A stretch of 64,000 bases of DNA from an uncultured Desulfosarcina sp. (lineage in GTDB: Bacteria > Desulfobacterota > Desulfobacteria > Desulfobacterales > Desulfosarcinaceae), in the NCBI GenBank assembly GCA_963674945.2, contig CAXXWQ010000003.1, forward strand, positions 1,920,001-1,984,000. The letters are read 5' to 3'. Below, in pieces: positions 29,674 through 40,562 of this stretch; position 1 is the stretch's first letter; each line of letters opens with the position of its first letter. A program made the position numbers and the translations under genes. The notes under the pieces are model-generated. The model was not told the DNA's origin. It made no database searches and saw only the letters and a list, made by a program, of their open reading frames with translations.

Positions 29674-30363
29674 ATGATCCACTGCGATGCGATCACCTAC
29701 CGGTATCCGGGCGCCGATGCCCCGCTTTTCAATGGACTCGAAATCACGGTTGAAGAGCCTGGCTTCCACGCCCTGTTCGGACCTTCCGGCGTCGGAAAAA
29801 CCACCTTGGCCAGAATCATTTCCGGGGAACTCACCGGTTTCTCCGGAGAGGTAAAGAGAAACGGCCATTATCCCTGCCTTTATACATACAACGGAGAACG
29901 CCTTCCCGGTTGGTCATCGGTGGGACGCCATCTGGAGCGTACGACGCCGCAGGGCCGTGAAGCGCTCCGGGAAGAGTTGGTGGTGCATTTCGGCCTGTCG
30001 GACCTCATGGACATGCGATTTTCCCAACTCTCCATGGGACAATGCAATCGGGTCAACCTGCTTCGATACCTGCTCCAGGAGTTCAGTGTACTCATCATGG
30101 ATGAAAGTCTGGCCAATGTGGATGAGCCGACCCGCCAGACCATTCTTTATAAGATCAAATCGCTTTTTCCACAGGCCTTCTTTCTTTATATCTCTCACAA
30201 CCTCGTGGAGGTGGTTCGTTTTTGCGATCAAATCGTCGTATTTCTCGGCGTCCAACAACATTGCCAGGTTCGGCAGATGCGAGGATTGGATCACCAAAAG
30301 GATCAAAGGCTGGACAGAAGTCGCATGGAGACCAGCATGCTGGAGATCATGAATGCTCATTAG
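29674..30363 (+). CDS. ABC transporter ATP-binding protein
   Basis: GPSGVGKT, LSMGQ, LIMDE and SH motifs. Confidence 0.88.
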   Translation: MIHCDAITYRYPGADAPLFNGLEITVEEPGFHALFGPSGVGKTTLARIISGELTGFSGEVKRNGHYPCLYTYNGERLPGWSSVGRHLERTTPQGREALREELVVHFGLSDLMDMRFSQLSMGQCNRVNLLRYLLQEFSVLIMDESLANVDEPTRQTILYKIKSLFPQAFFLYISHNLVEVVRFCDQIVVFLGVQQHCQVRQMRGLDHQKDQRLDRSRMETSMLEIMNAH

Positions 30364-31102
30364 ACGCATTTACCAGTTTCTCATCGTCTATTTTCTATTT
30401 ATTGGCCTTCTCTTTGGCACCAAACTGGTCATGAATCTTTCCGACTACGTCATCCCTTCGCCAATGATTGTCTGGCACACGGGAAAGGCGGAGTTCATCC
30501 GCTACCTCGGTGACGTGCTGGACACCTTTTCCGTGGCCGTACTCGGCCAGGTAATATCGGTCTTCGTTGCCTTGGCAGTAGGGATCGCAGGGCGCAGCGC
30601 CACCTGGTTCGGTTCGTTCATCAAGGTGGCGGTCTATAACATTCAGGCCTATCCCATCGTAGCCATCGCCCCGATTCTCTTCATTCTCCTGGGAGACGGA
30701 TTTGTAACCCGGCTGGTAATTGCCGCGATGATCTGTTATTTCCCATTGTTGTTGTCCATCATCGGTATCATGGGTGAACCGGTAGCCGATATCGAACACT
30801 TCTATCGGGTGACGGGTCGCTTGCGCTGGCAACTTGAAGTGAAAATTCGCGCCTTCGAGAACCTTACCAAACTCACTACGGTAATTTCGGGCAGTGCCAC
30901 ATTGGCCATGGCCGGTACCATCGTGGCGGAATTCATCGCAGCCAATGCAGGGATCGGATACAGCATCCGCATCGCTTTGTATCAAAGCGATCTTTCAAAG
31001 ATTCTCGTTGCCCTGTTCATCATCGGCATCACACTTTCTTTGTACCAGGGAATCTTGGAATTGGTGGGAACGGGTGTCAAAAATCAGTGGGCGCGCGGAT
31101 AG
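30353..31102 (+). CDS. ABC transporter permease (SsuC/TauC/NitT type)
   Basis: PIVAIAP, IVAEFIAANAGIG; multi-TM. Confidence 0.85.
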   Translation: MLIRRIYQFLIVYFLFIGLLFGTKLVMNLSDYVIPSPMIVWHTGKAEFIRYLGDVLDTFSVAVLGQVISVFVALAVGIAGRSATWFGSFIKVAVYNIQAYPIVAIAPILFILLGDGFVTRLVIAAMICYFPLLLSIIGIMGEPVADIEHFYRVTGRLRWQLEVKIRAFENLTKLTTVISGSATLAMAGTIVAEFIAANAGIGYSIRIALYQSDLSKILVALFIIGITLSLYQGILELVGTGVKNQWARG

Positions 31103-31322
31103 GGTTGCCACGGCACCCATCCGGAAATGGCCAACGCTATCTTCGAAAATCGAACTTTCGTAAAACGCTTTTCCATGCCAAATATGACCAAACAAATACA
31201 CACAAGAAACTCGTTGGTATTTTCCTTGCCGACAGGCGAAAACGAGGGAAAAGCTTTTTATAAAAACGTCTTTTTTAATTCGTATTAATGAACAAGCGCC
31301 TTGGAAGCATTACGAGGGTAAG

Positions 31323-32354
31323 ATGATTTTCCAAAATACCATGGAAAGGTGTTCCATGTGCCGTCTGCTCGTGGTGACACTCGTTTTTTGGCTTTTCGCC
31401 GCAGAAACAGAGGCGAACGGAGAGATTGCCTATCGACTCAAATGGCTGATCAATGCCAGTACGGTTGGGGACGTCTATGCACTGGATCAGGGGTTTTTCG
31501 ATAGGGAAAACCTTGCGGTAGTCGTCAAATCCGGTGGGCCGGAGCGGGATGCCATCCGGGAATTGGAGTTGGGATACGCCCAATTTGGTGTTGCATCGGC
31601 GGATCAGGTGATGCGGGCGCTGGACAAAGGCGCTCCCGTTGTGGTTCTGGCGCAGTTGTTCCAGATCAATCCCCTCCAGTGGATTTACCGGGCCGGAGAC
31701 TTTACCCTGGCAACGATCCAGGACCTGGTGGGAAAAAAGGTTGGGATTACTTACGGCGGCAATGATGAAACCATCATGCGAGCCCTTCTGGCCAGTGCCG
31801 GTTTGAATGAAAAGCAGGTTCACCTGACCGGCGTACGCTACGATTATACGCCTTTTTTACGGAACAGGGTTCCCATCTGGCCGGTCTACCGAAACACCCA
31901 AGGGATCTTTTTAATGGATAAGCTGAACGCAGACGGCGAACATGCAGCCTTTTTCGACCCTTCGACCCATGGTATCCGATTCGTGGCCAACAGCCTGGTC
32001 ACCTCCCGCAACATGGTGAAACAACATGAACAAACCGTCAATCGCTTCACCCGGGCACTGTTGGCCGGTTGGCGGGCCGCCATGAAGCCGGAGAACGAAC
32101 CGGTGGCGATTCGCATCCTTGCCACCTACGATCGGGATACGTCAAAAGAGGTGATCGGCCGCCAACTGGCAATCACACGCCAAATGGTACGGCCCGAAAC
32201 CGGCTTTCCCATTGGCCGTATCGACAGAAAAGCATGGATGCAGACGGAACGGATCATGCTTCGTCAGAGGTTGATTTCCAGGCCGGTGAACGTCCATCAA
32301 CGGTTCTGGACCGAAACCGCTCTGGTGAATACCATGCCTTCCTCCAACGATTGA
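31323..32354 (+). CDS. ABC substrate-binding protein, NMT1/THI5 (SsuA) family
   Basis: LKW....G...ALDQGFF, GGP, DLVGKKVG motifs; true start may be 31356. Confidence 0.85.
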   Translation: MIFQNTMERCSMCRLLVVTLVFWLFAAETEANGEIAYRLKWLINASTVGDVYALDQGFFDRENLAVVVKSGGPERDAIRELELGYAQFGVASADQVMRALDKGAPVVVLAQLFQINPLQWIYRAGDFTLATIQDLVGKKVGITYGGNDETIMRALLASAGLNEKQVHLTGVRYDYTPFLRNRVPIWPVYRNTQGIFLMDKLNADGEHAAFFDPSTHGIRFVANSLVTSRNMVKQHEQTVNRFTRALLAGWRAAMKPENEPVAIRILATYDRDTSKEVIGRQLAITRQMVRPETGFPIGRIDRKAWMQTERIMLRQRLISRPVNVHQRFWTETALVNTMPSSND

Positions 32355-32454
32355 AGGACTCGAATCATCGATATGAACAGGCGGGTTAGCGGATACGTTG
32401 AGCATGGGGAATGAAACCTGGAAGAATCGTACCGTTTCTCGCGAGAAAAGAAGT

Positions 32455-33222
32455 TTACTGTTCTGGATATTGCTCCTTGACCTTTTCGTGCAACCGGCGA
32501 GACCGCATCCATAAAAAACCCGTGTCCGAATCGTAATCATAGGAGAGCAGGCGATCGGTGTTTTCGTCTATCCAGTGAAATTTTTCTATATCCTTTCGAT
32601 TCTGGATTCCCTTTCCAAAACGCCGGAATGCCTCCTCCTTGAGGTTTTTGTAATCTAAGAAATTAGACGTCCATACGGTCAGCGAGTATAGGGACCCTTG
32701 CCAGAAACCGTAGACGATGCTGTCCACACCGGCCCGGCCGAAGTGTTGCGTTGCTTTTTTTGGGGTAAACAGCGCAACACCACCATATGCCGGGTCCGTT
32801 CCCGCGGGTGTCAGATCGTCAAGCTGTGACAATTGTACGCCCCATTTCAAGCCGAGGTATCCGATCCCACCTTCGTCGGCGACTAAATCGCCGGATTCAC
32901 GTCCGGGGACGGGGAAAAGATTATCTGGAGGCGGCGCTGCATCCTTTTCTGCCGGAGACGAGGGCTGTTGGCCGTCGTCCGGTGGCGCCGAAAGGATCAT
33001 TCGCTCCACCTCCTCTTCGTCGATTCGAACGACCTGCCCGTTTTTATAGAACATGACGCTGCCGTCTTCCTTCCAGGCACGTCGTGTGTGATACATCTCC
33101 CCGGACTTGAGGATGATCATATCGGCTTCGACGACACATTGTCCCACCGACAAAAGCAGGACCACACCCCAAAGGATTATTCGACCGCTGCGCAATTTCG
33201 TTTCCATAAAACGTTTTGCCAT
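32455..33222 (-). CDS. Secreted hypothetical protein
   Basis: Signal peptide, ADMIILKSG N-terminal domain, Pro-rich linker, GYLGLKWG domain. Confidence 0.65.
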   Translation of the reverse strand: MAKRFMETKLRSGRIILWGVVLLLSVGQCVVEADMIILKSGEMYHTRRAWKEDGSVMFYKNGQVVRIDEEEVERMILSAPPDDGQQPSSPAEKDAAPPPDNLFPVPGRESGDLVADEGGIGYLGLKWGVQLSQLDDLTPAGTDPAYGGVALFTPKKATQHFGRAGVDSIVYGFWQGSLYSLTVWTSNFLDYKNLKEEAFRRFGKGIQNRKDIEKFHWIDENTDRLLSYDYDSDTGFLWMRSRRLHEKVKEQYPEQ

Positions 33223-33342
33223 TAGAATTACAAGGCAACTTTATCTGCCTTGGATGTGCCATGTCAATTCCCAACTTTTTCCGAGTCCATCATATTTGAC
33301 AACGCTGCAATGGTTGTGAAATAGAGCGAACAGGAGGATTTT

Positions 33343-33741
33343 GTGAAAAAGAAAAAGGAAAATCAATACGATCCCATCCCCCCACCGTGTGTGTGGACAT
33401 ATACGCTAACGGATGGATACCGGGTGTTGGCAGGGAAAACAGATACGGATAACGACCGCCTCAGCCTGAAGCTGGCCGGTCCCAACGATTGGTGGTTTCA
33501 TGTACGCGGCATGCCGGGCAGCCATGTGGTTCTTTTTGTTGGAGAAGGCGGGGTGCCGGACAAACAGACCTTGCTTCAGGCAGCTGCCATCGCCGCATAT
33601 CATAGCAAGGCAAAAGAGGGCGGGATCGTCTCTGTGTCCGGCACCCTTGCCCGGTACGTAACCAAGCCCAAAGGAGCCAAAGCCGGTAGTGTGACGATTC
33701 GCAAGGAACGAATTTTCAAGGTGCGTCCATCACTGCCCTAA
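33343..33741 (+). CDS. NFACT RNA-binding domain protein (DUF814), stand-alone
   Basis: GKTDTDND.L, DWWFH..GMPGSHVV, AAAIAAYHSK and KPKGAKAG motifs. Confidence 0.88.
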   Translation: MKKKKENQYDPIPPPCVWTYTLTDGYRVLAGKTDTDNDRLSLKLAGPNDWWFHVRGMPGSHVVLFVGEGGVPDKQTLLQAAAIAAYHSKAKEGGIVSVSGTLARYVTKPKGAKAGSVTIRKERIFKVRPSLP

Positions 33742-33806
33742 CCCGAGTTGAGGGGTACCCCCATTCTCGAACCGGTCCAAATGGGGATGTAATCCATGGG
33801 ACGCAA

Positions 33807-34091
33807 TCAGTCCATCCATGGCCTCGACAGTCGCCTGCGATGGTCTCCGATGAAAATCAGGTTTCCCCACTGACCGTTCTGGCTGGAGAGGCTGCGGAAG
33901 AGCACTGTCCGCCCGAAGGGGTGGACCGACTTCAAGCCATTGGTGTTGATAAAAACCTGGTCCACATCCGATGCGTGGGATTTTATCGCATTGATCAGTT
34001 CATGGGCGGAAGTACCATCGAAATCTCCCACCAGGTTAATATGGACACTGTCCTTACATCGTAGCTGGGATATTTTGAAATTTATGGCCAT
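33807..34091 (-). CDS. Small STAS-like hypothetical protein
   Basis: L.GDFDGTSAHEL...GL..VHPFG; RBS AGGAGG. Confidence 0.65.
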   Translation of the reverse strand: MAINFKISQLRCKDSVHINLVGDFDGTSAHELINAIKSHASDVDQVFINTNGLKSVHPFGRTVLFRSLSSQNGQWGNLIFIGDHRRRLSRPWMD

Positions 34092-34167
34092 TGGTCGCCT
34101 CCTATCCTGTGATCATTCGTCGGCACCGTTCATTCGATTTCACATACTGTCCGGTGACAGCTCAAAT

Positions 34168-34183
34168 AGCAATTTAAAGGCCA
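34168..34183 (-). promoter_or_regulatory. Putative sigma54 promoter
   Basis: TGGCCTTTAAATTGCT (GG-N10-GC) about 80 nt upstream of the 33807-34091 gene. Confidence 0.55.
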
Positions 34184-34473
34184 CTTTTTGTCCTTTTGAA
34201 AAAAATTATTTTTTTCTATTATATAAGATAGTTGCAAAACAACCACAGGCAAAGGGGAGTGGGAGGTTGTTTGGATTGTGAAATCAATTTCCCATCTGTC
34301 CCCCATCCATGAGAAAAATGGAAAAATAATTTTCCACCATTTGCCGAATGCCATTTAGAAAATTTAAGTTTTTTTAATAGAAAACCGATGCTATCCTTAT
34401 TCGAATATCATACCTGTGTAGGCGCTACGTACTTCACTCTTTCACCTGGACGGCGGCGATAGGGAATTATTTC

Positions 34474-36333
34474 ATGGCGAACGGGACAGACAAGCAAAAC
34501 GGTTTCGGCCAGACGGCACTGGAGATGAATTACATCGACCGGGAGCAACTGAAAAAGGCGAGAGTGGTTCAGGCGCGCATTTTCGAAAGGACGCAAGTCA
34601 AACCACCGATTAGTGATATTTTGATCGAAATGGGTGCCATAACAATCGACCAAAGGGATGAAATCCGAAAGAACCAGGACGAATCCTCGGAAATCGGAAC
34701 CACCGGAACAAAATCAGGCGCACCCTCCCCAAAGAAAGAGACGTCCGAAAATAACCACAACAATCTGGATATCGAGGTATCCAGTGATAAGTTGACGGCA
34801 ACAATCCTCATCCATAAAAATGCACAGGCCAAAGAATATGGTGTAAACGATGTCAAGCTGGAACTCCACTCACGGGGAATCGTCAGCGGTATTGCAGAGG
34901 ACAAACTCATTGCCGCATTTTTACAAAACAAATTCAGTGTAGGCAAACCGTGGACGATTGCAACAGGCACCGAGGCCGTTCCGGAAAGTCCCCCTGAAAT
35001 CGAATACCAATTCGATACGGATCCCATAAAAATCGGCACCATGACCGAAAATGGATTTATGGATTGGAAGAATCGCGGCCAATTGCCCCAGGTCAAGGAA
35101 GGTGACCTGCTTGCACAAAAAAAACCCGGTCAACCAGGAAAACCGGGGATGGATGTATATGGCAAGATCATCCCCATTCCCAAACCCGAGAAGCAAAAGT
35201 TCATCTGCGGAAAGGGCGCCCGCAGGTCGGAAGACGGGTTACAGGTGCATGCCACCTTATCCGGCATTCCCAAGCTTTCCCTCAATAACGAAATATCGGT
35301 AATGCAAACCTTATTCATCGAAGGGGATGTCTCCATCGAGACCGGACACGTGGAATTTGACGGACATATCGAAGTATCCGGGGCCATCGAGAAAGGATAC
35401 CGGGTAAAGGGAGGAAGCCTGCGCGCCAAAGAGATCAGAAATGCACAGATCGAAGTCGACGGGGACATAACCGCATTAAACGGTATTTTTGGTGCCACCA
35501 TCAAGGCCAATGGCAATATGAAAGCAGGTCACGTCCATAATGCAAATATCACACTGGCAGGCGACCTGGCCGTGGAAAAGGAGATCATCGACGCCGCTAT
35601 CGAAATCAATGGACGCTGCCTGATCAACGATGGCATCATTCTATCGTCCACCATTGCGGCGAAGATGGGCATCGTGGCGATGGATATCGGAAACCAGGCC
35701 GCCAGGGCCAGCGAGTTGGTCGTAGGCATCGACAAGCAACTGGAACGGGAAGAAAATTCCGTAAAAACGGAGATGCAGGGGGTCCAGAAAGAGCAGGAAG
35801 AACGTTTCCAAAAAATCAAAGAGCTGAAACGACAATCGGACGAAATCAATACCACCCTTGGAGAAGTGGCCCAGAAGCAGGATAAATGCATGGTCCAACA
35901 CCGAAGCCTTCAGGAAAGGCTTGAAGCCGGCCTCCTGGCACACCAGGGAGCCGCAGTGGAAAAAATCCAGGAAACCATCCGAGCATTGAAGGCAAAGCAG
36001 GACGCCTACGATCAGGAGGTAAACCGGCTCATGGATGAAGATGAAGCGATTGGTAAAAAGATCGCCGGTATTCAAAAGGAAATTTCTGAGACCAAAGTGG
36101 AGATTGAGAGCCTTACCGACCGCCTTCTCGTGATCACGGAAGCGCGGAAAACGAATCTGGGCATCGCCTTGGTCAAGGTGGGCGGGACAATCTGTTCGGG
36201 GACCAGGATCACCGGCCCCAACGCCGTACTCGTCCTCGATAAGGATCTCAAACGACTTTCCATCATGGAAACGAACAAAGCCGGACATGACGGAACGAAA
36301 AATTGGCATTTTGAATTGGGGACGTACCGATAA
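34474..36333 (+). CDS. FapA/DUF342 flagellar assembly family protein
   Basis: VKEGDLLA, G.PG.DVYG, GDVS.ETGHVEFDG beta-helix region, coiled coil. Confidence 0.85.
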   Translation: MANGTDKQNGFGQTALEMNYIDREQLKKARVVQARIFERTQVKPPISDILIEMGAITIDQRDEIRKNQDESSEIGTTGTKSGAPSPKKETSENNHNNLDIEVSSDKLTATILIHKNAQAKEYGVNDVKLELHSRGIVSGIAEDKLIAAFLQNKFSVGKPWTIATGTEAVPESPPEIEYQFDTDPIKIGTMTENGFMDWKNRGQLPQVKEGDLLAQKKPGQPGKPGMDVYGKIIPIPKPEKQKFICGKGARRSEDGLQVHATLSGIPKLSLNNEISVMQTLFIEGDVSIETGHVEFDGHIEVSGAIEKGYRVKGGSLRAKEIRNAQIEVDGDITALNGIFGATIKANGNMKAGHVHNANITLAGDLAVEKEIIDAAIEINGRCLINDGIILSSTIAAKMGIVAMDIGNQAARASELVVGIDKQLEREENSVKTEMQGVQKEQEERFQKIKELKRQSDEINTTLGEVAQKQDKCMVQHRSLQERLEAGLLAHQGAAVEKIQETIRALKAKQDAYDQEVNRLMDEDEAIGKKIAGIQKEISETKVEIESLTDRLLVITEARKTNLGIALVKVGGTICSGTRITGPNAVLVLDKDLKRLSIMETNKAGHDGTKNWHFELGTYR

Positions 36334-36426
36334 GGTTTAATGTCTTGACGGAGGAAGGAATTACGGATATAAATCATGAATTTGATGGTATTTTTCCTTA
36401 CCCTTTCAATGGAGGCATAATCGACA

Positions 36427-36696
36427 ATGAATAAAGGTGATCTAATCAACGAGGTGGCCAAAATCGTCGCAACGAAAAAACAAGCCCAGGAAGTGGTTGA
36501 CTGTGTTTTTTCGTCAGTCATTGATAACCTGAAGAAAAACGAAGCCGTCCAGATCGCCGGTTTTGGTACCTTTAAAACCGCCAAACGGGAAGCGCGCACC
36601 GGCCGCAATCCACAAACGGGTGAAGAAATGAAAATCGAAGCCAGGATGGTTCCGAAATTCGTTCCGGCAAAGGCGTTGAAAGAGGCGGTTAAGTAG
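36427..36696 (+). CDS. hup: DNA-binding protein HU
   Basis: MNKGDLI...GFGTF...ARTGRNPQTG...PKFVPAKALKEAVK. Confidence 0.95.
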   Translation: MNKGDLINEVAKIVATKKQAQEVVDCVFSSVIDNLKKNEAVQIAGFGTFKTAKREARTGRNPQTGEEMKIEARMVPKFVPAKALKEAVK

Positions 36697-36721
36697 AACA
36701 CACCTGAACGTTCGTCTCGGT

Positions 36722-36754
36722 AAAAGGCAGGGCAACTGTGCTCTGCCTTTTTTT
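36722..36754 (+). terminator. Rho-independent terminator
   Basis: AAAAGGCAGGGCA-ACTG-TGCTCTGCCTTTTTTT. Confidence 0.85.
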
Positions 36755-36825
36755 GTGGGACGTTTCGGCCAGCGGCAAAACGGCTTCGCGTTGACTTTCA
36801 CCAATGGGGTTGTTACTACGTATTT

Positions 36826-38799
36826 ATGGAATCAGGTGAAATTGTAGAATATATTGATGATCAGAAGATCATTTGCGCAGTCGTACTGGAAAGCGGTAAT
36901 CATCATCTGCGTCTATTGACAGAGCAAAACAAAGAAATCAACGTCGCTGTCCAACGATTGTCATATCGCGGGAAATCCCGTTTGGACCCATCGATGGATA
37001 GAATCCGTCTGGTCGAGTCACTCAGACGTTTGTCTTCAACGCGAAACGCCATTGCCGGTGAAGTCGAAATCAAAAATCTCTGGGAGATCCTCAATCAGGA
37101 AAAAGAGTGGATTGACCTGAAATTGATGACCGGTCTCTGTTTTCCCAACGAAATCGATGAAGATCATGAAGCCGGCGTTATCCGGGCAATTTTCAATGGA
37201 CGCCGCTACTTTCGGTTCAAGCCCGACAGATTCCTTGCACTCAGTGAAGCTGAAATTGATGAAATTATTGAAAGAGAAAAAAAAATCGCCCATCAGGCCC
37301 AGTTGATCCAAGATGGTGCAAAATGGCTCTTATCAGCGCAACCCAATTCGAAAGATGAATTGCCGGAATGCCATGAAGAGATCATGGAGGCGTTCACATC
37401 CTACTACCTGAAAGAGAAGGACAGCCCCCAATACCAAATGGTCCGCGCGATGATGAAAGAGGCGGGCCTCACGGCAAATGAGGACATCTTTCAACATCTG
37501 GTAAAAATGGGAAAATGGACACCGGATGAAAACATCGACCTTCTGCGGTTCAACATTTCCATAGAGTTTCCCCAACCGGTGCTCAACCTCGCCCAATCAC
37601 TATCTTTTACATCCATAGCGGGTGATCGTGTAGATCTCACCCACTTGGATACCATCACCATCGACGGGCAGGCCACCTTGGATTTCGACGATGCCCTGAG
37701 CATCGAAACCCGAAAAGATCATTTTCTCGTGGGGATCCACATCTCCGATGTCGCCGAATATGTCAGAAAAAATGACCGTCTGGACAAGGAGGCGCGATCC
37801 CGCGGCAGCTCAATTTACATGCCGGACAACCGAATCTCCATGACCCCCCCGATCCTTGCAGAAAATCGATTCAGCCTGAAAAAGGACCATGTACGACCGA
37901 CGATCAGTACGATGGTAAAAATCAGTCGGACCGGGGACATTATCAGCTACGATGTTTTCCCCTCTCTGATCCGTGTCAATCAACAGCTCAGTTATTTCGA
38001 GGCCAATGTTGGCGCGGAAGAGGGACAACCCATCTCCGTTTTGTTCGACATCGCATCAAGATTCAGAAAAATGCGCCTGGGACAGGGTGCCATCCAGATC
38101 ACCCTTCCCGAAATCAACATTTGGCTGGATGAGACCGGCACGCCCATCGTCAGCCGGGTCAATCGTGAGAGCCCCGGCAGGATGTTGGTTGCCGAAATGA
38201 TGATCCTTGCCAACTGGCTCTGTGCCCGATTATTGGCGGAAAACGATACCCCGGCAATTTTCAGATCGCAGCCAAAACCCAAAGCACGAATACTAAAAAA
38301 TGGTACGGGAACGCTTTTTCAAAATTGGATGCAGCGCAAACTGCTCAACCGCTTCGTTTTGCGAGCAAAACCGGCAAAACACTGTGGGCTGGGCCTCGAT
38401 GCCTATGTCACCGCGACGTCACCCATCCGAAAATACTTCGATTTGGTCACCCAGCGCCAAATCCGATCCGTGTTGGGTTTAGAAAAGGCGTATACCGAAC
38501 AGGAAATCGAAGAGATTATCGGACAACTGGCCCAACCCATGGCCGATGTGGGACGGATTCAATTTCGGAGGAACCGCTACTGGTTGCTCAAACACCTGGA
38601 GGGACGAATCGGTAAGAAAGAAGAGGCCATCGTTCTTCGGCGGCGGAACAATGCATATTCCGTATTGCTGACGGCGTATATGCTGGAGTGTGCACTTCCC
38701 CAATCCAGCGGAATCGAATTGAAACCCGAAGATTTGGTGCAAGTCACCATTCAGCACGTGAACGCGCGCAACAACACCCTATCTGTCTTCATGGGATGA
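36826..38799 (+). CDS. Ribonuclease II/R family (RNB domain) exoribonuclease
   Basis: TIDGQATLDFDDALS, HISDV, EMMILAN and TSPIRKY motifs. Confidence 0.9.
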   Translation: MESGEIVEYIDDQKIICAVVLESGNHHLRLLTEQNKEINVAVQRLSYRGKSRLDPSMDRIRLVESLRRLSSTRNAIAGEVEIKNLWEILNQEKEWIDLKLMTGLCFPNEIDEDHEAGVIRAIFNGRRYFRFKPDRFLALSEAEIDEIIEREKKIAHQAQLIQDGAKWLLSAQPNSKDELPECHEEIMEAFTSYYLKEKDSPQYQMVRAMMKEAGLTANEDIFQHLVKMGKWTPDENIDLLRFNISIEFPQPVLNLAQSLSFTSIAGDRVDLTHLDTITIDGQATLDFDDALSIETRKDHFLVGIHISDVAEYVRKNDRLDKEARSRGSSIYMPDNRISMTPPILAENRFSLKKDHVRPTISTMVKISRTGDIISYDVFPSLIRVNQQLSYFEANVGAEEGQPISVLFDIASRFRKMRLGQGAIQITLPEINIWLDETGTPIVSRVNRESPGRMLVAEMMILANWLCARLLAENDTPAIFRSQPKPKARILKNGTGTLFQNWMQRKLLNRFVLRAKPAKHCGLGLDAYVTATSPIRKYFDLVTQRQIRSVLGLEKAYTEQEIEEIIGQLAQPMADVGRIQFRRNRYWLLKHLEGRIGKKEEAIVLRRRNNAYSVLLTAYMLECALPQSSGIELKPEDLVQVTIQHVNARNNTLSVFMG

Positions 38800-39038
38800 A
38801 AGGTTAATGGCATCGAAATGGTTGGACTTTCTCAGCAACTGTGTATAAATAAAATGATTGACTTTCATATATTATGATCTATTTTAGTCTATTTGTTGAG
38901 AGTACTTCCTCTACTGACATTTCGGACAACACATGGAGAACCATTAGAGAGGGTGATGCAACGGCTATAGGTCCCCCAGAGAAGACGCGAAGCGCTAACC
39001 AAATAGTAAAATCAATCATATTCAGGACGAATGAAGAT

Positions 39039-39689
39039 ATGGGTATTCGAGAACGAAAAGAAAGAGAGAAGGAACGACGTCGACAACAGATCATCGTTGC
39101 AGCAAAACGGGTATTTTCGGAAAAGGGATTCAACAAGGCTACAATGGAGGACATTGCCAAAGAGGCTGAGTTGAGTCCGGGGACGCTCTACTTATATTTC
39201 AAGAACAAAGAAGAACTTTACGCATCGCTGTCCATACGAATTCTCCAGTACCTTCACATCCGCGTATCCCATGTAAACAAAGACACGACCATGGATACCG
39301 ATAAAAAATTAAAGGCTCTGGTAGAGGCAATGTACGATGTCTATGATTTTGATCCGTTGATCATCATCAACCTGTTCCACCTTCAATCCAGCGAGACCCT
39401 GAAAAACCTGTCTGACGCCATGCTGGAGGAGATCAAGCAACTCTCCAAAAAATCCATCGGGGCCATGGCCGAGATTTTTGAAGAGGGGATGAAAAACGGC
39501 ATCTACATCGAACATCATCCAATGGCCTTGGCCGACATCTTCTGGTCCATGTTTTCCGGTGTCGTGCTATGGGAAGCAAGCAAGAAGATTATCAATTCGG
39601 ATAAGGACTATATGAAGACAACGCTCGCCACGGCTTTCGAGCTCTTTGAACAGGGCATTCGAAAACATGAAGTTGCCAAGTCAAAATAG
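39039..39689 (+). CDS. TetR/AcrR family transcriptional regulator
   Basis: [13 protein letters not shown]...[13 protein letters not shown] helix-turn-helix. Confidence 0.92.
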   Translation: MGIRERKEREKERRRQQIIVAAKRVFSEKGFNKATMEDIAKEAELSPGTLYLYFKNKEELYASLSIRILQYLHIRVSHVNKDTTMDTDKKLKALVEAMYDVYDFDPLIIINLFHLQSSETLKNLSDAMLEEIKQLSKKSIGAMAEIFEEGMKNGIYIEHHPMALADIFWSMFSGVVLWEASKKIINSDKDYMKTTLATAFELFEQGIRKHEVAKSK

Positions 39690-39731
39690 CACCATCATCC
39701 ACGTCCTCGGACTCACCGAAATCAAAAAAAC

Positions 39732-39768
39732 AAAGCCCCTGTGTTGCGCAGGGGCTTTTCATTTTTTT
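39732..39768. terminator. Bidirectional Rho-independent terminator
   Basis: AAAGCCCCTG-TGTTGCG-CAGGGGCTTTT between convergent genes, with A and T tracts on either side. Confidence 0.8.
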
Positions 39769-39835
39769 ACCTACAGACGACGGATTCATTCATCGTGCCT
39801 GTCCGGAGACAGGCCACATTATGGATGGGCACTGC

Positions 39836-40321
39836 CTACTGCTTGGGGTGACACTCGATACAACCCGTGGGACCGGTAACCGGGACCGGCTTATCCATCG
39901 CCACAAGGGTTTTCGCGCTTTTTTCGATCTCCATTTTCATGGCCTTGTGGCACCCGATACATTGACCGTGGTAGGCGTTTTTGTAGTATCGATGGGCATT
40001 TTCCCTGTCGACGGTGTCGGAATCGTCTTTCTTTGGCAGGGTATCAAGATCATGGCAGCCACCGGTCATGCAGCCGGTAATGGGCTCCTCGACATTCCAG
40101 GTATGATGGCATTTGTTGCAGGCGATCACGAAATGGCGATTATGCTGAAACTCCACGGCGGCCCGTTTTGCCTCCACCGATTCCGGTGGTCCCAAGGAAA
40201 TGGTTCCCATGGGAACACACATCTCTTTCTCTTCGGCAATGGCGACTCCCAACGTGGAAAAGGCAATCACACCAAGCAGCAACACCACTCCCATACACGA
40301 TAGGCTACGCATACGTTTCAT
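39836..40321 (-). CDS. Tetraheme cytochrome c3
   Basis: Signal peptide; VEFQH..H, CNKCHH, CMTGGCH, CIGCH and CIECH. Confidence 0.9.
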   Translation of the reverse strand: MKRMRSLSCMGVVLLLGVIAFSTLGVAIAEEKEMCVPMGTISLGPPESVEAKRAAVEFQHNRHFVIACNKCHHTWNVEEPITGCMTGGCHDLDTLPKKDDSDTVDRENAHRYYKNAYHGQCIGCHKAMKMEIEKSAKTLVAMDKPVPVTGPTGCIECHPKQ

Positions 40322-40562
40322 CCTCCTCGATTTTTTCTTGGGCCTTGGTAATTAAAAAAACGAAGCAGATATAAACCTAATTGAAAAATTTTTCAATGAA
40401 TAAATGTCCGGGACCGAAAGCGGACGCACGTAAAACGATCGGCTTTTTTTTGCCAATACGAATCGTATGATTGCAAACGAAGGAGGATGGATGCGGGACG
40501 GGGACGATCCAAGCGTTCTATTATCCCTCTTTCATCGTCCTTACGTCTCTTCACGTGGCCTT

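Noticed and set aside
29115..31323. TPP riboswitch upstream of the NMT1/THI5-type ABC genes
   Set aside because: No convincing TPP core motif seen by eye, so the substrate is left unassigned
38800..39038. Possible ncRNA or N-terminal extension upstream of tetR
   Set aside because: No recognisable structure or family motif; the TetR-like sequence starts at ATG 39039
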